Source of the DNA: Octopus sinensis
Lineage: Eukaryota
Direction: 5' to 3'
Length of the DNA: 64,000 bases
NCBI RefSeq assembly: GCF_006345805.1
Contig: NC_043021.1
Span: forward strand, 11,904,001-11,968,000
This document shows, piece by piece, positions 44,793 through 57,685 of the stretch (the first letter of the stretch is position 1; the number at the start of each line of letters is the position of its first letter). The notes beneath the pieces are model-generated. The model was not told where the DNA came from and ran no database searches. It saw only the letters and a list, made by a program, of their open reading frames with translations. The position numbers were made by a program, and so were the translations under genes.

Positions 44793-47700
44793 GAATTTCT
44801 ATTTCTTTATTACCCACTAGGGGCGACACAAAAATTACAAAACAATCACGAATGATGAAATACATTAATATGCTTTTTGAGGGCAATTAAATATCTGAAT
44901 GATAAATAAAATCGAATGAATACACAATTACATAGACAGTTCTACAAAATTGACGAATGCAGTGGGGCGGGTCCACGGACCCTACGCTCCCCGCCACGAC
45001 ACTTAGCCTTGTGTTTTTCTTTTACGGGTCTATCTCGTATTTGTGAGGGACCTTTTACTCGCCACATTTTTCCACCTTTCATCAAACACTTTCTTACTCA
45101 GGTTCCTCCTCTCCAGTTCTATTTGTCTTTTCAGGTGGAATTTGAAGTATTCCACCAGACTAGAACCGGAGATGAAGTCGCCTGTTAGCATTCCTTTCAC
45201 CTTGTCTTCCATACTGCCTGTTTCGCAGTTGAAACCACAGAGAAAACAATTCTTACCTTCTTTCGTTAAGTCAGGTGGGCTGATTTTTACAATGGATTCG
45301 GCTGATAGCTGTACTCTTTCTCCACTTGACATCAGTTGTTCGGCGTAAACCCACATGTCTGTCACCTCCGGGCACTGCACGATCGCGTGCGAGACGGTTT
45401 CCCTGTCTCGCCCACATCTCGCGCAGGTCGGGCTGACTGGGGCACCATGCCTTGCAAGTTTGTCTCGAACAGGTAAGGCTCCTCGGTAACACTGCCAAAC
45501 CAGACTTCTGGATATTATCCAGTGCCTTCGGCCCGAATGTACGTTGGAACAGACTGGCCAGCTGATTATCGTCGAAACCTAGGGTTTCCCCTAGCGTATC
45601 ATCGTTACCGGCCTCTACCAACCCTCTATAAAACACAGCGGTAGAACCACTGCCGCAGGCATTGCCCGAGCGACGGAATAGTCGGAGTGCCTTACGACAC
45701 TCCGTGTACCATGTACCCAACTTCGATCTACGATTATACCAGTCTTCCCGTCCACCGAAACTGGCGAACCTGGGGAACATCTGCTTCGCCAGCGGAGACC
45801 ACACCCGTTCACCATCCAGATGGATCCACAGGTGCCTTAGCCTCAGCGCATTTCTGCGCATCATTAGCCACGGCATCCCTAGTCCACCCTTTAACGGTTT
45901 TTGACAACAAATAGAGCGTCTCACAAGTGGTTTCGAGCCCTTCCACAAAAAGTGAAAGAGCTGTCTCTCCAACTGTTCAACCACGAATCCGGGCAAGGCA
46001 AGGCGGTAGGTGATCACCGATGCGATAAACACATTGGCTACCTCCGCCCTACCTTTCAGGGATAACCACCGCCAAGACCAGGTCTTGACTACTGCGGCCA
46101 CCCTGCTCGATACTCGCTCCAGTTCTCCTCTATTTGGAGGCCTGGTCCAAACCAGACCCCGAGCAACTTAATCGGACCCTCCGTCCAACGTCCCACGACG
46201 TTGTCTGGAGGCATCGACTTGCCTCTCCAGGTGCCGAGTTGCAAGCCGACCGACTTTTCACGATTAACTTTTGCTCCTGTCACCGTCTCGTAACCTCTAT
46301 GGCCTTGCCTACTTTACGTATGTGGTCCACTTCAGTCACGATGATAGTGATGTCATCCGCGTACGCCGAAACCGACATATCACGTCCTAGTTGCCTCGGG
46401 ATGCCGCTCAGTTTTCGCAGCAGCGGCTCAAGAGCCACTACATACAAAAGCGAGGAGAGCGGACATCCCTGGCGGACCGAGCGTTTGACTTTGAACGGCT
46501 TAAAGAAAGCCGTTCACCCGAACTACCGAGTCGACGTTGTCATACATTCTAAGATCCACCTGAGGAAGCCAAGACCCAGCCGAACTGAGCCTGAACGGAC
46601 ACCAGGTAGTGATGGTCGACCCTATCGAAAGCTTTTGACTGGTCTAAATGGACCACTGCCCCTCCCTTGCCGGGATCATTATTTATTCCCTCTAGCGTGT
46701 ATCTAATAAGATGGAGATTATCCTGAATGGCTTGCCTGGTACGGCGCACGTTTGCGCTTTCTCAATCAGTCCATTCGCGACACGCGCCAATCTGTTCGAT
46801 AACACTTTGGCCAAATCTTCAGCTCTGAGTTAGCAGTGATGGGCCTGAAATTATATATTACATCCCCCTTGCTCTGGTCCTTCTTGATTAGCGTCACCAC
46901 TCCCCGGCGCACAGATCTGGAATAAACCCATTCTGCTGCCAGTTTGCGTAGACGTTCGTCAGTAAGTCCCCGAACAAGGCCGGCATACTTTTATAAAGCT
47001 CGTAGGGCAGACCATCCAGTCCCGGCGCCTTACCCGCACTGCAGTCTGCCATGGCCTCTATTACCTCCTCAGGTGTGATCGGCTTCTCACTACACTCCGT
47101 GCCCTGCCCCGAGAGGCGCGGCAGCCCGTCGAGGAGGTCCGTAAGGTCCCTCCTCTCATCCGCCCCCCCCCCCAAAAGAGCTGGGCGAAGTGGTCCTGAA
47201 AAGCTTGACACATCTCCTCGGGTTCGTCTGTCAACTTACCTTGTTGGTTCGTCAGAGATCGAATTGTGGCATCGTTGCCACGTTGGGCTTCCACCACTCG
47301 GGCCCATCCCGCGGCATTAATTCCTTCGCTCCCCATTGTACGTTTCTAGCCCTGACAATGCAACCCATGTGTTTGGCTTCGAGGTGCTGGTTTAAAACCA
47401 GTCTCTTGGCCTTCACCTGAGCCGCGTTGCCAGTTCGCATTGCTTCCTCTAGGTCCTTAACTAGAGTAGTTTCTTTTCTAGCCTCTCTAGCTACGAGATC
47501 TGCACTATACCTAATACTCATATTTATGGTTCGCTTGAGGGCATACCACCATTTGTTGTTAATAATGGAACCGGTCAATGCCCTCTGGATCATTAACCTA
47601 ATCCTGTCACTGTACTCCTTAATCGCCAAAAGGGACGTATTAAGTTTCCAGTAACCAGGACCTTTATTTATCTTATCTACGTCTAGCTTACAGGTGACCA

Positions 47701-50700
47701 TCTTGTGGTCACTGTAGCTGACTGTGGAGCTGTGGACTCTTAACTAGGTTTCTATCTACCTTCCTAATTAAAATCCTATCTATGTAAGACCTTGACGATC
47801 CGTCGCTGTTTGATCATGTCCACAATGGAGCGTCCGGATATTCCAGTCTATATGGATCTACCAGCTCAAAACGTCTTAGTAGATCCAGGAAGCCAGCGTT
47901 TCCTTTCCTATTCGTTTGCGAGCCTACACAGTCTACCTGCACATCGCATTGTGTTGAAGTCCCCAAACATTACTACAGGGTACGATGTACTCAGAAACTT
48001 CTCCAGATTCCGAAAATAATCACTTTTCCCGTTACCGGAGGGTGCGTAAACCGCAACCAGCCTGATTGTCTTACGACTGCTGAACGTCAACTCAACGACG
48101 ACCAGCCTCCTTCTGGATCTGCAAAATCAACTTTTTCCCAGAAACCCGGTTCTTTTTAACCAGGACCAACACCCCGCTTCCGCTGCCCGCCGGGTTCGGA
48201 GAGATAATTCCCTCGTAGCCGTCGAACAACGGGAGCAGATCTCTTGGCCCCTTTAACCGGGTTTCTGTGGCAACATCTAAATCCCGTGACCTGATGTCAT
48301 TTAGGAGGCGCCCTTGCTTCCAGCTCGTCATCAGGCCACGCACATTTAAACACCCTACACAAATGCGAGACATTATTTACCTTATCAGTTTTTTCCTGCT
48401 CTGGTGGTCGTGAGGGGGAAGTCCGCTTTAAATAATGACTCGTGAGGGTCGAGTCGCGGACCCTTAATGTCCCCCGGGTACTCCTCTCTTATTATATTAT
48501 AGTTCATTGTCAATCTTGAAAACCTCGACATTCTTGGGGAGCACCCTATGTTGTTTTATTATTACCCACAAGGGGCGAACATAGATGGGACAATACAATC
48601 TGATGATGGGGTCAGATACACGAATGGGTTTTACAACAAAGCGAATTTAAAATTTACAAAAATTACAAAATATAAAAATCGAATGAGAACAGACCGAAGA
48701 CATACGGATGGAGTGGGAGCGGGTTTAGCTCGGACCCCACGAGCCCCGCCTCCCCACTGATACTTTGGTTTCGTCGGTTTTACATTTATGTGGTAACATC
48801 CATTCGCAACTTCGTGCTACATTTTTCCATCGTTCTTCCTGCTCTGGTGGTCGTGAGGGGGAAGTCGCTTTAAATAATGACTCGTGGGGTCGAGTCGCGG
48901 ACCCTTAATGTCCCCCCCGGGTACTCCTCTCTTATTATAGTTCATTCTGTCAATCTTGAAAACCTCGACATTCTTGGGAGTACCCTATGTTGTTTTATTA
49001 TTACCCACAGGGGCGAACATAGATGGGACAATACATCTGATGGTGGGGTCAGATACACGAATGGGTTTTACAACAAAGCGAATTTTAAAAATTTACAAAA
49101 ATTTACAAATATAAAAAATCGAATGGAGAACAGACCGGAGACATTACGGATGGAGTGGGAGCGGGTTTAGCTCGGACCCCACGAGCCCCGCCTCCCCACT
49201 GATACTTTGGTTTCGTCCGTTTTACATTATGTGGTAACATCCATTCGCAACTTTCGTGCTACATTTTTCCATCGTTCTTCCTGCTCTGGTGGTCGTGAGG
49301 GGGAAGTCCGCTTTAAATAATGACTCGTGAGGGTCGAGTCGCGGACCCTTAATGTCCTCCGGGTACTCCTCTCTTTATATATAGTTCATTCTATCAATCT
49401 TGAAACCCTCGACATTCTTGGGAGTACCCTATGTGTGTTGATCTTGTGTGCCGTTGGGACATTGTCCAGATATTTAGTTAGTCTGTCGTTTGCATTGTTT
49501 ATAGAAATGTATACTGTCTCGAACTCTATTATTTTTTCCCCTTTTTGTGGGAAACCAAGTTTGGGAGGGGTGGGTTCCCCCCCCTGGGTGTTAGTCTTTT
49601 TTATGTCAGGGTTTGGTGTGTTCGTGTCTGCGTTTTTCCTTTTCTTCACTTTCCTTGGTGTTTAAATTCGTCTTGTGTTTTCTCTGCTGTTACGGTCTTA
49701 TTTTTCCTCCTCTCCTCTTCTGTTTTTCTCTTCTCTTCTTCCTCCTTCTTGCGGGCGGGGCATTCTGCTCGGATGTAGCCCTTTTCGCCACACCCGTAGC
49801 ATCTGGGCTTACGCCCTTCTACCACCACCCGCAAATTTATATCGTCCTCGAAGTCGATACTTTCAGGGACCTCTTCTAATGTTTCCGGTGTTGCCTGCAC
49901 TATTACCTGCAGCGCCTGTCCCCTTCCAGTTCTCCTTCTGAATCTTCGTTATGTTAATAATTTTTATTCCTTCCGGCCCCATAAATAGGGCTGGAATGAG
50001 GCACTTTACCTCAATTTCAATCGGGATCTCTTCTGTTTTGATTTTCGATGTACGCCTCCCATATAGGTGGGGAGGAGAATTATTTCATTCGTTTTAATGG
50101 GGTTGATTGAGTGGATCTTTGCTTTTTCTTCCTCTTTGAAGTATACCACAATTGTGGCATACTTCCTTCCCCGTGTCACGAATTCTATGTCTGACCAAAT
50201 TGGTTTTAAACATTTTTCCGCTTGTTCTTTACTGATTTTTTTTTTTTTTCCTATTTTTTTTTCCTTGATTAAAAATGATTTAAATCAGTTTTTTTTTTTT
50301 TTCATTGTTTATCTAATTTCTTCTTGAGGGTAGCCTTTATGCTGCTCCCCTCCCTCTTAAACGTTTCCTTGTATTTTTCAAAGTCTATATCTTCTGGTTT
50401 GATGTCTTCTGTCTTTGTCTTTCTGCCTGCTGCGGCTGCAAAGTTGAATTTCTTTTTTCTTTTTAATTGGTGAACTTGTTTCAGCCTCTTCTGTTTTGTT
50501 TCCTTTTGTAGGTGAACCTACATTCTTTTCCTTCAAAGGTGAACCTTCATTGGTAACGACTTCGTTTTTTTGTTATCCATTTTTCACAAATGGATGCAGG
50601 AGTGGCTGTGTGGTAAGTAGCTTGCTAACCAACCACATGGTTCCGGGTTCAGTCCCACTGCGTGGCATCTTGGGCGAGTGTCTTCTGCTATAGCCTCGGG

Positions 50701-50964
50701 CCGACCAATACCTTGTGAGTGGATTTGGTAGACGGAAACTGAAAGAAGCCTGTCGTATGTATGTATGTATGTGTTTGGTGTATGTGTTTGTTCCTCTAGC
50801 ATTGCTTGACAACCGATGCTGATGTGTTTGCGTCCCCGTCACTTAGCGGTTCGGCAAAAGAGACCGATGTAATAATCCCCCGGGTCGAGTTGCTCGACTG
50901 AAGGCGGTGCTCCAGCATGGCTGCAGTCAAATGACTGAAACAAGTAAAAGGGTAAAGAGTAATA

Positions 50965-51026
<62 letters not shown>

Positions 51027-51197
51027 TGTTAAATTGTGTTGACACACAAAATATATTTCACAATATTTCCCCTCCTTAAAGGAGGGGAATAACAAAGTTA
51101 TCTGGTTCACAAAACCAGACAAAGTTCAACACAATAAATCACTGACAATTTTCAAACACGGAAATTAAACACAATTTTAACATTCACTAGCTCACCT
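44793..51197 (-). mobile_element. Near-identical tandem duplicate M of X, with the Y-type 3' UTR and two copies of insert T
   Basis: Body matches X apart from mostly 1-bp indels. 3' UTR matches 51235-51450. The R-T-R-T-R array spans 48393-49434. Confidence 0.9.
50596..50958 (+). mobile_element. SINE family A (duplicate of 44189-44552)
   Basis: Same position in the duplicated unit and the same diagnostic variants. Confidence 0.92.
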
Positions 51198-51234
51198 TCA
51201 AAAACACAACCGACGCCTTCAAAAATTCTTTGCC

Positions 51235-52543
51235 GAATTTCTATTTCTTTATTACCCACTAGGGGCGACACAAAAATACAAACAATCACGAATGATGAAA
51301 TACATTAATATGCTTTTTGAGGGCAATTAAATATCTGAATGATAAATAAATCGAATGAATACACAATTACATAGACAGTTCTACAAAATTGACGAATGCA
51401 GTGGGGCGGGTCCACGGACCCTACGCTCCCCGCCACGACACTTAGCCTTGTGTTTTTCTTTTACGGGTCTATCTCGTATTTGTGAGGGACCTTTTACTCG
51501 CCACATTTTTCCACCTTTCATCAAACACTTTCTTACTCAGGTTCCTCCTCTCCAGTTCTATTTGTCTTTTCAGGTGGAATTTGAAGTATTCCACCAGACT
51601 AGAACCGGAGATGAAGTCGCCTGTTAGCATTCCTTTCACCCTTGTCTTCCATACTGCCTGTTTCGCAGTTGAAACCACAGAGAAAACAATTCTTACCTTC
51701 TTTCGTTAAAAAATCAGGTGGGCTGATTTTTACAATGGATTCGGCTGATAGCTGTACTCTTTCTCCACTTGACATCAGTTGTTCGGCGTAAACCCACATG
51801 TCTGTCACCTCCGGGCACTGCACGATCGCGTGCGAGACGGTTTCCCTGTCTCGCCCACATCTCGCGCAGGTCGGGCTGACTGGGGCACCATGCCTTGCAA
51901 GTTTGTCTCGAACAGGTAAGGCTCCTCGGTAACACTGCCAAGCCAAATACTTCTGGATATTATCCAGTGCCTTCGGCCCGAATGTACGTTGGAACAGACT
52001 GGCCAGCTGATTATCATCGAAACTGGGGTTTCCCCTAGCGTATCATCGTTACCGGCCTCTACCAACCCTCTATAAAACACAGCGGTAGAACCACTGCCGC
52101 AGGCATTGCCCGAGCGACGGAATAGTCGGAGTGCCTTACGACACTCCGTGTACCATGTACCCAACTTCGATCTACGATTATACCAGTCTTCCCGTCCACC
52201 GAAACAGGTGAACCTGGGGAACATCTGCTTCGCCAGCGGAGACCACACCCGTTCACCATCCAGATGGATCCACAGGTGCCTTAGCCTCAGCGCATTTCTG
52301 CGCATCATTAGCCACGGCATCCCTAGTCCACCCTTTAACGGTTTTTGACAACAAATAGAGCGTCTCATAAGTGGTTTCGAGCCCTTCCACAAAAAGTGAG
52401 CTGTCTCTCCAACTTGTTCAACCACGAATCCGGGCAAGGCACGACGGCAAGGCGTTAGGTGATCACCGATGCGATAAACACATTGGCTACCTCCGCCCTA
52501 CCTTTCAGGGATAACCACCGCCAAGACCAGGTCTTGACTACTG
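51235..52543 (-). mobile_element. 5'-truncated Tx1 LINE Y
   Basis: ORF2 C-terminal part and 3' tail, with private substitutions relative to X/M. Similarity stops abruptly at 52543. Confidence 0.92.
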
Positions 52544-53149
52544 AGTAAAGTTCACTATTCAATGCATGGGATAAGGCCTAAACAAGCACATTATCGATTT
52601 TTGCACTTGCGAGATGGATTTCGGAACAGAAATAGCGCGGTTCAATTTTCATTCGCCTAAACTTTAAGTGACCCATTTTTGGTGGTTCTATGATTTGTTG
52701 GCTAGGAGATGTGCCGGGAAGTTAAACACACACACAAGTTGAGTTTTATATATATATATATATATATATAGATAATTCCACAGTCACGAATAGACTTATA
52801 TTCTCTTTGTGTATATGTATAAGCTCAAAGCTGGAGAAACAGCTATAGATTTAAAAAGAAAACTGCTGGCCTATTGTAATGCATCCTGCAAAAGAAATGG
52901 AGCCTGTAAATGATCAGTTAGTTGTCCACAAGTCAGGAAGAAAAACTCCCCTCCCCCCACATGCAGTAATAGAGCAGTTGTATTTTTATATATCGTTTAG
53001 CAGAGTATGTTCTGAACTAGTGAGGAGGGGACACTTTCCATACATACCCTGCAGTATTTAATACTACAAGGCTTCGTTATATATGACGGCGAGGCGCACA
53101 CTTGTGAAGATATAATTTAATGTTTGAGGTTTCTTTCGTTAGTATGCCA

Positions 53150-56100
53150 TTTGTCAATGTAATGTTCATTTTACAGTGAATTATACCCTTTTTGCTTCTA
53201 CTAACATGGCGTTTGTTTCTCCATCATTAAGTCTCTCAGCCCTTTTCGATCCTGGTTTGACACATTCCCACTCTCATCTAGCCTTAGGTCTCTTTGTTCT
53301 CGTCCTTTCTGAAGTTGTTTAAAAAAAAAAAATCTATCCAAACCAGTGGAATGGCGGAACTGCAGGGACGTTAGACCAAGTGGAATGGCGGAACTGCAGG
53401 GACGTTAGACCAGAGCCTTGTGGTCTTCATTTCATTTTTGCATTTTGAGTTCAAACCCACCGCTATTGCCCACTTGGGTGGTAGACTTAACCTGCTACCA
53501 AGTTTAACAACCTGGTCTCTTTGAAAGAAATCCACACTGCTACAAGCATTCAAGTACTGTTTCTTTGATATGTTGACGTATTAAGAATATACAATTCAAA
53601 GTGTTAGTTTGTATTCTTCAGATGGGAATTCTCTGATTCTCAACTTTCGATGGAAATATGGTATTCTCGTGACTTTACCGTAGACCAGTTTTTTCCCATT
53701 GTCTTGGCTGTGTATCACAGCTCCGCTCTTCTTTTAACGATTTGCTTCTCTAATTTTGATGTTGTTTGTCCATATTTTTCATTCTGATTCTCTTTTTCCC
53801 TCTCTCAACGACTTCTTGAGTGGTTTTCCAAAGGTCACTGGATCTTGATCAAGATCTATGCAATTGTAGCTTTTCTTTGAGGTTCAGTTGGATGTTGCTT
53901 TCCAATAAGGTAGTAACCTTTTTCCGTTCACACTTCTGTTGCATGATTTATAGGTATCTTATAATTCCTAAATTTACAGGATTTTAGCAGTATACACCAA
54001 ACTCAGTGGTGACGAGGTATCTCCTGCATCGTAACAATTTTATCTTGGATGGGAATTGTCTTTATCCCTCAGATTGCACTGGAAACATGAGTATCATTTT
54101 GACTTTACACTAGTTTTCTTTCACTGTCTTGGCTGTGAAACAGCTCGGTCTTCTAACGATCTGCTAGTTTTGTCTGATTGTACATCTGTCAGACTTGCCT
54201 TTTTCCCTCTTAGAACAGCTTCTTGAACAGTCTCTCCAAGGTCACTGGATCTTGTACAAGATCTATATATATATCATAGCTTCACCGTTCTGAAACCTTC
54301 ATGAGGTCCAGTGGGATGTTCCTTTCTTCTTTCCTACCTTTTGACCGTGAGATTATTGACATTATAATCAGATTTCATCACTTTTGGTATTCTACTGCTC
54401 TCTGTCGGTGAAATTGAGGTCTGTCCACTCTGTTAACCTGGGCCACGATCATTCTGATGGATTCTCGTCAGATTTTCATCATGAGTATCTCGCGAAAGTT
54501 AACTGTCACGTGATCAAATTAGCTTGATGGCACCCATTCCTATCCGAGCGGTACAAGTATAATCACATTTGTACTTGCTTAAATATATTTGTTCGTTGTG
54601 AGTGTATAAATTTAAGAACATTTAATTGACGTGAGTGAAATTGCGTTTACTCGACGTGGATGTACAAATATAAATTTGATAACTTTATTGCATGTTTGAC
54701 TTGATCAAGAGTTGCAGATGTGCTTATTAAGTTTTAGTTACTCAGAAATGACAGTTGCATACTCCCGTTCACTTAGGATTTATCGAATTCAAGAGTTGAT
54801 GGCATTAAAGTTTAACCACCGAACAAGCAGACCTTCCCAAACGTATTCCAGCTGTGACCATCCATCATTTTAGATGGACCACATTCTCCGAGTTCTTAAT
54901 AAAAACAGCGGAAGTAAAACTTTAGGGAGATTTGGCTGCAATTTCCAGTATGTCAGTTGACGTGATCTCGGTGGTTGTAGCATGTCGGTGAGTGAATCGT
55001 TGCCACAAGTTGCTGTAATGATCTTATTTCAGATCCTCTCAAATGTTAAGTTAATTTTTTGGCTCAAAAAGCAAGGCCATGTAGGGGGACATGGAGTTAT
55101 ATACAGAGAGGGTGTTCATGCAAAGAGTTCAGGCCATTTCTGGTCAAGAGAGACTTTGAACCGAGCGGTCGTCGGCATCTTCACTATCTCGTCCGGCAGC
55201 TTATTCCACGGATCCACAACCCGGACGGAGAAAGCCCCTCTCCTTCGATTGAGATGAAATCATCGCAGATAGAGCTTTCCGGAGTGACCCCGCAGCCGAC
55301 GCTCTAGAGCTCTTTCAAGAGGTTACACTTTCCGCTTATGATGTTGTGAGTGAGAATGAGATTACCACTGCGTCGTCGTTTATTCTAGAGAATAAAGGTC
55401 AAGCGTCTTCAGCCTTTCTTCATAAGACAAATGCTTGAGGCCAAGAAACATGCGAGTGGCCAGCTTCTGAACATATGTACTATGCATATGCGGGTAGTGC
55501 TCTTTTATCTGTTTCGCTTGACCTTTTTATGTATATCATCAGGCAGTATATTACTGGTTACAGCATGGAACTAGTCAGAACGATCGTCTGTTTTCACGCC
55601 TACCATTCGAGCAATAACTGCTGACTCTTCAGACGTCTTTTTCAGATGCATCCTGATGTAGAGTTGGTTAGGCGGCGTCTGTTTGATATGGTAGAACATC
55701 CTGTTATATCCTTAGGTGGCTTTCAATGCATTTTTTCCTTCAGTCCAGCTTCATGATGCCCTTACCCCACCCACAGTCAGTCCCAAGCACTTTTTTTTTT
55801 TTTGTTGTTTTTTTAATACATTCTTTGTCAGAGAGCTGCATAGATAACCAAGCAACTAACTCGAAAGTTGTTTCCACTGACGTTCTCTTGTTCGGAACAC
55901 CTCTGAGGTTATAAAACTTTTATACACAAAGAATATAATAAAAGTCCTTTTGTGACAATGTGCAAGTGCATAGGTGAAGAAATGATCATAGAATACTAAC
56001 CACGTGCTGGCCTATTGTAATCATCTGAAACAAAAGAGCCTGTAACTTATCAGTTAGTCGTCCAAAGTCAGAAAAACAAAAAAACACAACCTCCCCCCCC

Positions 56101-56233
56101 CCACCCACACACACACACACTGTACGAGTGAGAGCACATATTCTTATATATTGTTCAGTTGTGTATATTCTGAACTCGCAAGGAGGGGACAACTTTACAT
56201 AACCTGTGGTATTTAATGCTACAAGGCTTCACG

Positions 56234-56240
<7 letters not shown>
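53150..56240 (-). mobile_element. Old degenerate non-LTR element Q2, homologous to Q1
   Basis: Colinear matches, e.g. 53560-53780 with 34180-34400, 54360-54540 with 34500-34690, 55640-55910 with 36020-36279. MVTAGI...AINS RT-like motif. Confidence 0.55.
55075..55475 (-). mobile_element. CR1-clade LINE 3' fragment
   Basis: Translates as VQKLATRMFLGLKHLSYEERLKTLDLYSLE ... RLRGHSGKL ... FSVRVVDPWNKLPDEIV. Confidence 0.9.
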
Positions 56241-56280
<40 letters not shown>

Positions 56281-56281
<1 letters not shown>

Positions 56282-57290
56282 CTCTTCTTCTGTTATTTGT
56301 TTCTCCTCTTCTTCAGTGTCTTTCTCTTGAGGTTCCATCATGATTTCCCTTTCCTTTCCTTTGGTGGGGGTGGGCAGTTGGCTCTTATGTGGCCTCTCTG
56401 GCCACGCTTATAACATCGTGGGGCCCTGCCCTCCACCCACACTCTCATAATAGCGTTCCCCATCCTTATGTTTTCTGTCAGTCTTTCTATTGTTTCCGCT
56501 TGTCTGTACATTCATGTCTAAGGTGGCACCCCTCAAGCCTTCATATTTCATGGTGGTGTGGAGGATGTCCACCTTTTCCTCGTACCCCTTGATTACTGCT
56601 GCCGTTATGTATTCTCCCTCTAGGTGTGGGGGTATCCCCTCCACCCTAATTCTTGTCATTTTCCTATTTAGATACGATGGAAGTAAGTGTATCTTTGTTT
56701 TTACCACCTTGGTTGCCATTTTTCTGGCGACATTCTCACTTCTGTATTGAACCGTCACAGTTCCATACTCCATCCCTCTTGTCAAAAAAATTATTTCTTC
56801 TCCAGTCCGCTTTAATGCCTCTTCAATGGCTTCCATATTCACTATTTCAATCCTTCTTCCTCCATTAACGTACACTCCATATTTGATGGTTCTACGGTTG
56901 AACCACTCGCCACGCTTTGCTGGATGTGACAGCTCGACTTCGCCGTTCTCCTCCTCTTTCATAAAATCCTGGAAGCCTGGCAATTTAGCCAGGTCCACCT
57001 CTCTTTCTTTCGACCTCCTCATCACTCCTGCGTACGTACTTTCAAGCCTCCTGTCCATCTTTTCCACTGCTCTTTCCAACTCCTCCTCAGATGTCGATAA
57101 TTCCGACAAACTTTCAAACAAATTCTTCCCGGCCATCTCACCCATTAGGGAGAGGCGGTTCATAATCCTTTGTCTGTCTCACCTCAGACAGACAACGGCT
57201 GCCAGAACAGACGCCGTGTGACGCGAAACCGTATCAACAATTATTCAAATAACAAATATTCAAAAAACAAATATGGCAACTTAGAATAGA
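56281..57290 (-). mobile_element. Element V of the Z family (5' UTR + ORF1; 3' part missing)
   Basis: ORF 56408-57163 (FLTRGMEYGTVTVQY, LLPSYLNRKMTRIRVEGIPP) and a frameshifted RCYKRGQRGHIRANC knuckle. 5' UTR is similar to Z. Confidence 0.85.
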
Positions 57291-57632
57291 AATACTCCAG
57301 CTCCTCAAAACACGTGCGACCTGAACAAAAGGCTCTCAGAGTGAAAGAGTCTGGAAGTGAACGCTTAAATTTATATCTAATGTAGGATAAAAATTTTTCC
57401 GAAAAAAATATTCTTTTCCAAAAAAAATTTTATCAATGGCCAGCATATCAAAAAATACCTTTTAAAGGTTAAATCTATAAACAGTTCATAATTAAGGGCA
57501 AACGAAAAATTTCTAATGCCAGATATGCCGAAAAATTGGACATATTGTCCATTAACCATATAATTTTTTCACAATATGCACGCTACTCGAAAAAAGGTCG
57601 ACAGAAATTTCTAAAACATTCCATTATTGCCA

Positions 57633-57685
57633 TATCGGACCGATTTCAGGGTTAGCTTATAACAGCCCTCCCTTCGTCAGTGATA
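57633..57685 (-). ncRNA. Degenerate type I hammerhead ribozyme motif
   Basis: TATCA-CTGACGA-AGGG...CCCT-GAAA-TCG-GTC-CGATA, with a GUC triplet and one mismatch at the base of stem I. Confidence 0.55.

Larger units (their letters stand above)
36280..52772 (-). mobile_element. Non-autonomous Helitron split by a nested Tx1 stack (Helitron parts 36280-36536 and 52544-52772)
   Basis: 3' end CCCCGTTGAGCCGGG hairpin + CAATACTACTAG|T at 36280; 5' end A|TCTATATA...AAACTCAACTTG at 52772. The flanks rejoin colinearly with the Q2 homologue. Confidence 0.65.

Noticed and set aside
53345-53412. 34-bp perfect tandem duplication
   Set aside because: A simple local duplication in degenerate repeat DNA with no further structure.
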